A stretch of DNA of 61,681 bases, filler included, from Bipalium vagum (GCA_037834085.1; 3 parts of 3 records of this genome joined end to end with filler, not necessarily neighbours in it), one strand, 5' to 3'. Positions 27,421 through 39,960 are shown, numbered from the whole stretch's first letter. The notes: generated from the sequence alone by a model not told the origin. Translations and numbers: made by a program.

Positions 27421-29064
27421 AAATTTAGAAAATAGTAACATTAAGTTACTATAATTAAAAATATAATAAAATAAAATAATATAAATAATCAAATTAATTT
27501 GGTAACGGCAGAAGAAAAATAAACTCAGGACAGCAGGTGCAAAATATAGAAGAAAGGTGAAGTCTACAAAAGGAGAAAACCCACAGATTTCTGTCATAGA
27601 GCCCGCAGATTTCGAATATAGAAAAGTTCAACTACCAGCACAATGTTCAACATTTTCCATTAGCTACAAAGTTGCATTTCCTCAATCCAACAAGGACAGA
27701 ATACAAAATTAATGAAAAACTAAGGAGTCATTTTTACGAATAAAAGATAAGCAGTCAAGTTCCCGTGAAAACCAGGACGCAAGGATTCCGCTACACAATT
27801 TCATCAGTTATACTAAGTATTATTATTATTTGTGTAAAGATCAGTAGATTTAATTAGAAATCTAACTAAACTTTTGATTAATTAAAACATAATAATTATT
27901 TGTTTCACACTAGAAATAGGTGAAACGATTCCCAAATAAATCAAAACACTTAACTGTAATTTGAATCAAATTAGAAGTTAAAGGTTTACTAATTAAATAA
28001 AATAAATACTGTGGAGACTCCAAGATCAACAACAAAATCAACAATCCCAAGGATCCCACGGACAACAACCCCAACAACTGCAAAATCAAAGCCAACAAAG
28101 CGTGATCCAATGAAAATAATATTATAATACTTTTACATTATTATCCTTCGCTTAGTGATCCATTAACGATAATATGATCCTTTCTGTATGATATTTGATA
28201 AATCTGTAGAAATTTTTACTTATGGTGGCTTTATGCAAACTTTCGATGATCGTTCGTTTTTCGCCGTAATGTTTTTTTTGTAATCTTACCTTGAGCTCTG
28301 TTTAAAATGTTCCTATTGTAAATGACCACTTGAACCAAATGATTAAATGAAAATGTTTTACTGACCATATTGACAAAAATGTTTTGGAATTGCAAAAGTT
28401 TATTAATTCTTCAGACGTTCCACCTTCAACCGTAACTCATGAGGAAAATTAAAAAAGGCTAAACTTTATTGGACAGTCTTTTTTTATGCGGTAACATTGT
28501 GTTTGATTTATAGTGAGTGATGTTGCTGTTGTGGTCGTGCGACAGGTGTTGCAGAGACAACAACATTAATAACAGGCCTATTCCATTGGCTTTTAGTCAG
28601 ACAAGTGAGATGGAGAGAAGTCATATCAAGTCTGGAACAATTTTTTCCACTTTGGCTGAATAACGAAAATTTTTGAGGAAGAGAATTCAGGCCTGCCTGT
28701 GGGAGAAGGTTGGACAACGTTCGCTCTCTCCATTTCTTTCTTTATTGACTTTATTTTATGCTTTCTTTTTTCAAAAGAAGTAAGAATTTTTTATTCATAA
28801 TGATAATGAATATTTACTATAATAATAAATATAAATCATTGTCAGTTATATATCCTTTCGTCCAATATAGCAGCATTTCCAGTTAGTTTACATAACCTTG
28901 TTTTATTTAATGACATTTAACATTTTATTTTCTCTAAAATACTTAAGTGCAGAGTCATTTTTATGATGTCATTTTTTATTATTTAAACAAAATTTCAAAT
29001 TTTTTTTTGAATTTAACAGGTAATTTTAATTCAAAATTTTTTTTAAAAAGTGTTCAAATTTTAA

Positions 29065-29169
29065 AGTATACAGGTTTTCAATTAACACAGGTGACAATAC
29101 GGAATTAAATGTTCATATAAAAGAGGTGTTCAGCTAACAAAGGTGTTCATTTATGCAGGTTTCACTGTA
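29065..29169 (-). mobile_element. pogo/Tigger-like TIR end
   Basis: Minus strand reads TA|CAGTGAAACCTGCATAAATGAACACC, with repeated aggtgttca subterminal motifs; partner TIR not found. Confidence 0.5.
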
Positions 29170-29289
29170 ATAAAATCACTTTAAAGCCCTTAAATCAGTC
29201 AGAATCGATATCACATAATTGTCACTTTATTTTGACTAAAATAAAAGTATTTAAAAGTAAATTGTTTTCTCATTCATTTTAACAGAACA

Positions 29290-30945
29290 CATTTATAAGC
29301 AACCTTCAAACGTTAAGGCCTAAGTACCACAGTAAGCTCCATCTTTAACATCAGCTTATCCCATCTCTTAGGATCTTAACAGGTGGATGAGTCATGTGGG
29401 CCAAGTTCGGCTTTTGGGTTTCTCCTCAATGAATCTGCGATACAATAAAATCATGATTACCAATATACTGCCTACAACGCATTGGTTTTTCATGATTAAA
29501 GAACGGAGTAATAATTTAACGCTAATTTTCGTCCTATGAACATTGTGAAGGATAGAGACATCCACTGTAGGCTTTGCATAATTGTGGTAGAAACACAAGC
29601 TCACCCACACCAACCAACAGCGAAACACAATCACGTGTTAACGCTGTTGTATAACTTTCTGAGGGACTCGGAATTGGACCTAGATATGGATGTCCAGATT
29701 TAATTCTCAGATTCAAGGACAAGATAGTTATCAGTCTCATCGACCTCAAAGTGTCATATGATGAGCACAGTAAGTTCTCTGAAGGTCGTAAAAGAAACCA
29801 GAAGAAATATGAAGGACTCGCTCAGCAAATGGCACTTGCAACCCACAACAAAGTCAATATCCGGACTATTAATCTCGGGTGCCTGGGCTCCTGGGATTCC
29901 GAGAATGATAACGTGCTCCGCCGACTTGGGTTCAAGGAAATGAACATACTCAGATTATCAACCGATATGATTGCGTCCGTTACCAAATTTACATTTTTGA
30001 AAAAACTTTAAAAATTTCCCTTTTAAAAAATAAATAACCTTAAAAGAAAAATTTTAAAGAATCTTAAAATAAATTTTAAAAAATTTTATTAGGAATTTGT
30101 TTTGTTTTTGTTTGTTTTTATGGTTTTTTAATTTTAAAAATCTCTTTTTACTGAAACTATACTTTTTATTTTTTTATTTCATTGTTATTTTTATTGAAAT
30201 CATAAGTAATTTTATCTGTCTCTTTGATGTATATATTTAATCGTAATTCTATCCAGGGCTCAGGATGGGATTACATCGAGGACTGCTTAATGGCCCGAAG
30301 TAGTTTGACACCCAAGGTTCTTGGGTTGAGAGCAAAAAAGGCAATAAGTAACTCCCAATAATTGAATAAGGAATTGCATACTGACTCATTCGCTCATATA
30401 TACGGCGATATCCTGAATCAGTCAGACTGCAAGGCTCAAGACAGGATGGTGAGAAGGGTTAAAGCAGTGAGATGATAATTTTCTTTATATTTTTGTATTT
30501 ATTAGTTTATTTTGTAAAAAGTTTTATGGTGATGAGTCAATAAGGGTTTTAATGTATAATTTTCCTGGAGGGACTATTTATAAAACTTAAGACATAAAAA
30601 CACTTATTAGTTTATTTCGATAAACACACAAACAAGGTCTTATTTCTTTTTGTTGTAATGTGATATTGCTTATGACTTAGGGTATAGATTAATTTCGAAA
30701 CATCTGTTGGGATCTATAGAAAAAGAGGTCGTAAACAATTCGAAAACAGATCACAAAGGAACCGGAACCACAAAAAACCAAACAAGAGCTGATGGACAGT
30801 GATTCCCTACAGCTCATTATTGACATGTAACAATTGATTAATTTTTGTGAATTTGCATGAAAAATCCTTGTTAGGCTTACTCTCCTTTTATTATGGACTT
30901 ATTTATGTAATTTTATATGATATTTTATATTTTAGCAAAAATAAA
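29290..30945 (+). mobile_element. 5'-truncated RLE non-LTR retrotransposon (NeSL/Utopia/R5-like) with putative long 3' UTR
   Basis: Frameshifted peptide THWFFMIKERSNNL (cf. WRFIHRARLN), zinc knuckle CRLC...ETQAH, KHN (RHN), PD/IDLKV, QKKY and LGCLGSW...N..LRRLG; coding ends at 30011. The 3' boundary is uncertain and set at the AATAAA near 30940. Confidence 0.8.
30243..30432 (+). ncRNA. Candidate structured RNA element (four hairpins, possible kissing loop), probably the retrotransposon 3' UTR
   Basis: Stems 30243-54/30263-74, 30280-88/30298-306, 30310-16/30320-26 and 30374-91/30415-32; the G-U pairs in the first two stems form only on the plus strand; loops GGGCU and GGCCC are complementary. 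Confidence 0.5.
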
Positions 30946-33707
30946 AATATTTAAATTATAAATTTGTTTTTAATTAAAATATAATAATAATATAAATTGT
31001 TGGTTGAAGTTAATTAAAACGTAACCCAAAAAATTAATAAAAGATATTAAGATGAATAATCATCATGTAAAAAATAAGAAAATTTCTATAAATACATCAA
31101 TATGAATGAATATTAATATGTGGAGTGATATATTTAGTAAGTTCTATAATATAAGAACTTGTCTAAAATAGCAAAAACCCACATATTATTCTATTAACAG
31201 AAAGTTTTATTTTAAACTAATCAATAGATCAGTAATGTAAAAATCAGGAGTATATAAGCTCTTGGTTTTCGCATTAAATTCGCACTTAATTTCGTCTTAA
31301 CAAGTTACAGTCGGTAATAAATAAAGGTAAATAAAATACGCTTTTGCTATTTTAAAAATCGATCTCTTTTGAGTCAAATAAATTAATTAATTAATACTTG
31401 ACGAATGCAGAGCAAATACTCTGCTTATATATTATTTTCATTATAATTATATTTTCTTATTTCCGATTTTGTTCTCTTAGCAAATCGATTCTGTTTCGCT
31501 CTAGGCGACAGAATGCGTATTTTTGACATCAGTGCTTTTTCGGTTATCATAAAACCAAGAAGATATTAATTAATTAAATATCAGATATTATTGCTTAGAA
31601 GAGTTACTTGAAAATAGAAAAGTTGTTTTGAAAAAAATTTTTTGTAATAAAATCGTCAGTTGATTATAGTTAGATTTATTTCGTATTTTAGAGAACTTAT
31701 TTGTTACACTACCTTTGAAGGAATTGGTCAACTCATATCTAACCTATATTAATAGAGTTAGCATTTTATATTTTCAAGATTAACACTTACACATCTAATA
31801 GGTGATGGATTGAGGGAGTTATAAATAGTTCCCTCTAGACGCAGTTAAGATGATTTTTTTTTGCACAGCTGAAGATTGGAGAAGAACATCAAGTATTTTT
31901 TATGTTTTTAACCCCTCCCAATTTGCTGCCGATGACTGGCTAAAGAAAAAGAACTGACGAGTAATCTGATGAAGAAAACTGCCAAAGGATGGTTTTAAAA
32001 TCAAAAAACCGACGAATATGGTCAGAAAACGCTTTCATAAAATAAATGTTGCTTTTTTCTACTTATTTGACATAATGTATATTAAATATTTTTATAAACT
32101 TACTTATTAATGCTATCCAGTAGTTTTCAAAAGTTACTATCACGTACACAAATATAAAATTTATAGTTTGTCATATCAAGAGGTAAATTTTTTAATAATA
32201 ATATTTAAAAATAAAACTATAAATAAATGACTTTTACAAAATGATTTTATTAATGATTAAGAGTTAAATGAGATGAATTCAAGAATGTAAATTTTATTAT
32301 TTCATTGGGATAAAGTAAGTTTTTTATTTTTACGTAATAATAAACGAGTCATGACAATAAGCAGGGTGATATATTATTTAAAATTTGATCGATTGATATC
32401 TGTTTTATTGTATCCACTGATAGATGTATCTTATTCTGATTGTCATAATAATGAATGTTTACGTTGTCCAAACTAATTTTTGTTACACCAATAGTCAGAG
32501 TCAGATCAAAACGTGTGGTATGGTATCAACTTAAAAATTCAGGAATTTAAAAAAGCTAACGAGTTTGTAATTTTTATATTTCAACTACCCTAAAATTCCT
32601 TAGATAAGAGCGGTTTAATTTTTAAAGATTTTGGTCAATAATTTCAGATTGATTGCATGATAGAAAATATTTCAATTGTTTATAAAACCAAAGAAAACAA
32701 CTACAAAAGTAACAATAATTTAATTTTATTTCAAATTTGTACATAATCATCATCGGTTATATCCATACTGGAAAAATCGTTTTAAAAATTTTTTTAAAGT
32801 ATATATTTTTCGCCTTAAAATTCTCTATTTATCCCTGTTTGTTTTATGTAGTGCTATAAGCGTATAAATCTTATGGAGTCAAATTTATATTACCAGAGTC
32901 GATTAGGAAGATAAACTCTCAGTCGACGGTTGTGTATTTAAATATATTTTCCGGTAAGATACAGGGTTTCTATCGGTTGCGATAAGAATTAAAGTTGAGA
33001 GTCTGACACACCTAGATTTTGTCAATTATTTCCTTGAATCTCATGGAAATTTCAACAGAATGCAATTCAAAATTTACAGGATATAAGTCACTGTTCATAT
33101 TTTTTCTATTTTCATTGACTACAGCATTCTTCCCACGGAAAAATGTTTTATTTAAATGAAGGTCCCCGTACTCACTTGATTAAAATTTTTCAAATAAATG
33201 CAAAATTATGTTTTCAGATGGAATTTTAAAAATTTTCTTGTACACGCCACAAGATTTGAATAAAAATGAAAAATAACATTGATTGAAAGTATTGATGAAA
33301 TTTTTTTGTCAAAAAATGATTTTTTGTTCTCAAAAAATAAATTACCAAAACAATTAAAATAGAAATATTTTTAAGATTTAATATTTGTAAATTTACGGAT
33401 ATAACGATTTCAATTTGAGAACAGCGTAAATTTTGTTGCTTCAAATTAGTAAAAATTTCTAAAATATAAATTGCTTTAATTTTCAGGAAAAAACCGTTTC
33501 ACTGTCAAATTTAATTAGATCATTAAAAAACTCCATTAATAATTAATATTTAAAATGAAGTTAAAATTCCTTGTTTAACTGGTTAAATATAATTGGTTAA
33601 TCTTTATTTTCCATTTTAAAACCGAATGAATTTTGTTGTTGAAAATTTTATTTAGTGAGCACTATCGATTGATAAATATTGAATTTTTCCAGGCCATTAA
33701 ACAAAAA

Positions 33708-36416
33708 ATGAATAGAAATTTCATTTCGATTATCGTAATATTGATTTTATGTGTCAGCAGTGAAAGTAAAGGTCAAAAACCAATAATCAAAGAACACCCA
33801 TTGAATGCGTACGGATTGAGCTTGCAGCGTGTCAATTTGCGTTGTCTAGCCTCCGGTAATCCCCCACCCAGTTATGTATGGTACAAAGCAGGAAAAATCG
33901 TTGAAAGTTATAAAGACAAGCCCGTTACGTCGAATCGAATTGCGAAAGATAACGAACTGCTCTTTTTTCATTTGGACACACAAGATGAGGACGTTTATTA
34001 TTGCAACGCTTCCAATGTTCATGGATGGACGATTTCCAATAACGCCAGCGTAAGAGTGGCGTTTCTCAACAAAGACATAATTGGACCGGAGCCCAAGACG
34101 GCCAGCGTGGGCGAGACAGTGCTGATGGAGTGCAAGCAGCCTAAAGGAGTGCCGAAACCGTCTATTATTTGGAAGTTCAACGGCAACGTTATCGAACTGA
34201 ACAAACGCGTTAGGGTTTTGGATACGGGGGATTTGCGGATCGACAAAGCCAGCAGAAAGGACAGCGGTCGATATAATTGTATTGCCAAGAACTTTGCCTT
34301 CGAGCGAGAGTCAACATCCGCCCTGCTGACCGTGCGTCAGAAACCTTTCTTCAAAATAGCTCCCAGCAACATCGAGGTCAAGGTCAATGAAGCGGCGATT
34401 TTCCCCTGCCTGGTCGACGGCGATCCTAAACCGACCATCAACTGGCGCCGGGACAACAACAAGCCAATTCCGAGCTCGCGCGCAACTCTTATGCATGACA
34501 ACGGAATGCGAATTGATAAGGTCCAACTGACGGACAGCGGCAGTTACATTTGCCAGGCAACCAACTCGGCCGGCGTTATTGAGGCCTATGCAAAGCTCAA
34601 CGTCGTGTCGCCACCGGGGTTTATCGAGACACCCGACAATCAGAAAGCCAATATCGGAGATTCCGTTCGTTTCGCATGTCGTGTCACCGGATCGCCGACA
34701 CCGAGCATCCTTTGGATTCATAACGGAGATCATTTCATTGGCAGCGATGAGGAAATGTCGCCTAATGTCGGAGGGGATTCCGGGGGTCGCGTTTCTGGGA
34801 GTGGTGCCAGAATTAGGGTTTCAAAAGACGGAAGCCTATCGATCAATCCAGTAAAGATTTCCGATTCGGGTAAATATGAATGCAAAGCCTCCTCGTACAT
34901 GGGTAAAGTTCAAAGTTCGGCTTTCCTGGAAGTTGTCGACGATTTTTCTCGACTTTATTTGCCACCCGTTATTGAGTTCGGACCGCAAAATCAGACTTTG
35001 ACAACAGGGCTCACCGCGACGTTTAATTGCGTTCCGAAACGATCAAAGAATGAAGATGAACAGGTCGTTTTCAATGACAGCAGTCAGCGCGACAACGGTG
35101 CCGTTCGTATAACATGGTTGCGAAACGGACAGAAGTTGACTGGAATTTCCGATCCTCGCATCATTCAAATGACCTCTGGAACGACTATCAAAATCAACTT
35201 GCTCCATCCCGGTGATGCTGGTAATTACACTTGTCGAGTCGATCGAGAAAACGGAGCATCTTACACGATGTGGACAGCGCAGCTGCGCATTTTGCCGTTA
35301 GACAAGAACGATTTCCGCAATTCCATTCAACAGACGACAAATGATATTCGAATGTTTCCGGCGCCGGCGACCAATTTTGAAGTAGTAGAACGGGGAGATT
35401 CGTGGATTGCTTTCAAATGGGATGCTCCGTCGTTTTCACCATCGTCTTCTTCATCCTCGTCTTCTAATGATGATTCCCCTATTAATGGTGCCAGTGGAGT
35501 GATTGGCTATTATCTGATTGAATATTCGCCATACGAATCGCGACAAGGTTGGTACATGCACCAGGTAATGATGTCATCACCGGGTAAGGTTACCAATCTT
35601 CATCCGAATACGGGATATCGATTCCTGATCCGATCAGTCAATGATATTGGGATCGGTCGTCCAAGTGTGATTCCATTTGTCGTCTTCACAACGAAAAAAT
35701 CAACTTCGTCTGTTGCTAATTTCGATTACAATGAACTAAAGTCGAAAATCGATAATGTCATCTGTGATGGTTTGAGAATGAAAAGCGTGTCTACAGATCA
35801 ATTGACGATCATTTGGAACGTTATCGGACCCGTCCAAGCCTTGAAACTATTATCTGGGTTCATGAGCAAATTTAAAAAGGTTCCGCTTGGTCGCTGTTTG
35901 GCCAATAACTTCAATCACAATAGCAACAACAAAGCCAGTGGGTTAGGAACGGGGGTGAACAGTGTTTTCATGGAACATTGCAGCTTGTCTGACAATTCTT
36001 TGCATCAGATTGAGACCGATATATCGAATGATCCAAAATCGATTTTCAATGAAGAAGGACCGGATCAAATTAAGTTGGTACCACCGGGTGGCTCGATGGA
36101 ACGGAACGATCACAGCGTTGCATATACGATTATTTCGAATTTGGAACCGTTCTCGTGTTACGAGGTCTACGTTCAACCATATTTGGACTATCCAAAGTTT
36201 GGTAGAATGACCGGCGTTGCCAGCAAGCCGATAACGATTCTCACTTATGATTCCGTGCCGACAATGGCACCAACCGATCTTACTGCTCGTTGGTTGTCCA
36301 ACACTTCCGTGGAGATCAAATGGAAACCGGCTCCAAAACGCTTTGTCAACGGAATTTTAAAGGGATATTCCATTCACATTATTGGCAACGACACCAACAC
36401 TACCAGATCAATAGAG
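33708..36416 (+). CDS. robo: Roundabout receptor, coding exon 1 (signal peptide, Ig1-5, FN3-1, FN3-2 and most of FN3-3)
   Basis: Signal peptide MNRNFISIIVILILCVSS; five I-set Ig domains (e.g. DEDVYYC, DSGRYNC, DSGSYIC, DSGKYEC, DAGNYTC); Robo-type PPVIEFGPQNQTL Ig5 start; FN3 motifs; phase-0 donor GAG|GTGAGA. Confidence 0.93.
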
Positions 36417-39400
36417 GTGAGAACGGAAAATTTTCATTCATCTATCAGATATAATAATAATAATAATACAAATAAAAATAACTGATCAGCTTTACTAAGA
36501 AAAATCAGTTAAAATATTTTATTAATTATTGATTTACATTCAATAATATTTTTATTGATAATTTAGTTTGATTAATTATAATTTTAAATTTTTAAAATCA
36601 ATTTAATGTATAATCTTAATTAATTTTTAAAGTAAAAACAGACCCAGTTCTTTTAAATAAAAAAATAATATTTTACATTAAAATATAAAATAATTATTAA
36701 AAAAAATATTTCCATATACTTCAATCACAAAGATATTTGCTGGGCTTTTTCTGTGGCTGGGAAATATTATTTTCGACTGGGCAACCAACCCCTTCCCCGA
36801 TTTCACCCTCCCTCAAAAAGTCATTATTGATTTTTATTCCTGTGCTACCAAATCTAAACTGTCAATGAGATTATGCGAAAATTTTCCTTTCATTATTTTA
36901 CGTTTTGCAATCATCTTGAACAAAAAAACCCAAGTTTTTGTGCTGGCCCAAAATGATGATTTTATTGTGGTTTTTGTCATTGCGTGAAAGGGCTGAGCTA
37001 AGCGGAACACTTTCACAATCTTCATGACAATATCCAGATTCGTTTATCGGACGGCGAAAGATGGTGATAAAGTTCACAAATTGTGCCGCTGTAGTTGATT
37101 CTTGATCATAGTGAAGTCACAGAGGTGGTCTGGTCATGCAACGAAATTTCCTTCGCCGTGGATGGGGAAACGGTGGATTCCCTTCCACCAGTTCCCCGAA
37201 TTAATTAGCCTAATAAAATTTCTTTAATCATGTCCAATGTTTTGGCACCTCTCGCTCTAAGAAGGATTCCTTTGGTATATTTTCATTCAGATTCTCCAAT
37301 CCAATTCCGTCTTTTTTTATTTTTTAATCAAGTGGTGGAGAAAATAATATTCACCGAATCATTTGTGTCACTTTTTTTTCATTAAATTTGTAATTATTAT
37401 TCAATTTCAGTGAGCTTCCAACATCCTTTAGAGGGACACTTGATCGAAAAATTTTCCATTAAAAATAATCTCATTCCATTAAATTTAAAATTGTCCATTT
37501 GATAACATCAAGGAAGACATTTTCAAATCAATATTGATTGAAATTTAAATAAAATATTATTGATTTATTACAATATAAAAATATAAATATATATTGATTT
37601 TTAATTTATAATAATAATAAAATTATTATTATTACTATTAAAAATTATTATTTGATCATAAATGTTCTCAGTCTCCTAAAAGAAATGAAAAAAAAATCTC
37701 CGTTTACTGGTACTCCTTCCATTAATGACATAACACTGTCCCACCAGGTCATCTCTGTTTTATCAGTGACGTAACTGTCCATGATTCTGAGTAAATAAAT
37801 CTCTGATGATGCTGGTACTGATGCTGGTTTTCGTGCCTGTTTTATTGGAATTGGTGACGTTTTTCTCTCTTAAATATCTTATTCATTCAAAACACGAACT
37901 GATACGAATGTAAACAAAATCGAAAAATTGGCAAATATTTACACTGGGAAGGCTGTTGAGAAACAGAAGTGTTGGAAGGAGAACTCTGAGATAAGTGTTT
38001 CAATGAGAATTGTAATGTTTTTGGTGGGCAAATGAATTGGGAAAGAAGTCGTTTTCGAGGAGGAGTTCATTATTTCTCTTTCGTGCGGCCCCTCTATCAT
38101 ACCCCAATGAAGATGACACGGTTTCCGTCTTAGCAATCATTAACCGCCACCACTTTAACAATAGCAATAACTGTCGCAGGCGCCGACGTCGTAAAAGGTA
38201 TAATCAAAAACAAAGGAAAGAATATTGCTACTTGAGACTGAGAATTCTTTTTGCTAATAATTATTATGATAATTATTATTACTACTTTTAATTGCGGTAA
38301 AAGTATTAATAATTATAATTATTAGGAAAATGGATATGAGTCATATTAAAATATTAATACTACTACTAATATTATTAATAAATGATAATAATCATAATAA
38401 ATAAATAAAAATAATAGTAATAAAGCAATGATAATAAAGTAATAATAGTAACAGCATGTAGGGCAAGCCAAAATACGGCTGAATCTACTGTTAGAAAATA
38501 TGGATTTCAGGGAATTGTCTTGTGCCATTGTATTTTCTGCTATTCATGCTCTTTCCCGGCCTCGTTCGACTTTGGTACATGCAAACACCATTTATTACAA
38601 TTATTATGATATTATAGTTTTATGACAAATTACATTCAACATTTCTCTTTTTCTCTATTTTCGTTACCATGGCCACGATATTTGCGAAGGTGACTATGCA
38701 GTCGACTCACTTGAATCGTGATGACGGCAACAATGATTCTCACTCGCAGTAATAATATTGATAATTAGTAATAATTATATATTTTATATTTTTAGCAATT
38801 ATTATTAATTCCTGGATTTCTTTTCCCTCTCCATATACATGTAGTATTAATAGTAAATTCCTTATTTAAACTTTTTTAAAATTATTTTTAAAGTAATTTA
38901 TTTGCAAATAATCGATTTTCAATTTCATTATCCAATATTATCCAATAGAAGGATATCCTTCATTTAATTGATTGAACAAATATTATATAATAATAATTGA
39001 TTCATTTTGATATTATTATACTTGAGATCGATTGCGTAAATGTTACCAGTAAAAATTACTGTTTCTACCATGTTAATTTTAATTATTTTAATGGAATTTT
39101 TGGAAAACTGTTGACTGTGGAGAAAAATTGTTCTCCGTTTAAAATTGCCATTGTTTTAATAACTGTGAGAATTGTGAACAATCGATATCTGCCTTTCCAC
39201 CAAGGAAATAGCTTTACTCCTTTCATAGAAGACGTCAGACCATATTAGCAGTCTTGGAATTAATAGCAATAATGAAAATAATAATAATAATAAATAATTA
39301 ATTAATTGATGATAATAAGTCTAAGCAATATTTCATGGGATTATTTCATGTTTCAGAATTTCAGTGTAGACCATTATTTCGATAGCTAAGCATTTTGTAA

Positions 39401-39960
39401 TGTATTATTATATTTAATAATAATAATAACGATAATTAATATTATTCAGTGTAATTAACAGAATACAGTTTGCTCCTCGACTGGAAAAAATAATAAAAAG
39501 ACTAAAAATTAGTATAGTAAATATTAATAAGACTACTAATGAAAAAGACCTCTGTTTAAATAATCATTATTTTGAGAAGGAAATATTCCCCTCGTCAATG
39601 ACCTAGTTCATAGAGTACCATTTGCTTTTGATTGTTTCTTTTTACTTATTTTATTTGTCACCGACGTTTGATTCCTTTTGGTAATCAATAAACCTGTTCC
39701 TATGATCTGCCACTACCTTCTCGTTGCCCTTATCAAACATCTGGATGTCTGTACACTTGAAATCCCAACATATTTCATGTTATTTTCCGACTACAAATTT
39801 GGTCTCATTTCCGTTTAGTAACATTTCCGGAGTACGTACTTTTAGGAATATCAATTATATAATTCATTTGATTTATATTATTATTATTATTATTAATAAT
39901 ACTAATATTATGATATTTTTTTAAAAATAATGATTTTTCTTCCAATTTGTTCAAATTCAG

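Noticed and set aside
33633-33707. ORF-track N-terminal extension of Robo
   Set aside because: It starts at TTG and crosses a splice acceptor; the signal peptide begins at ATG 33708.
34019-36210. Antisense and alternate-frame ORFs overlapping robo exon 1
   Set aside because: Expected shadows of a GC-rich coding exon; no motifs.
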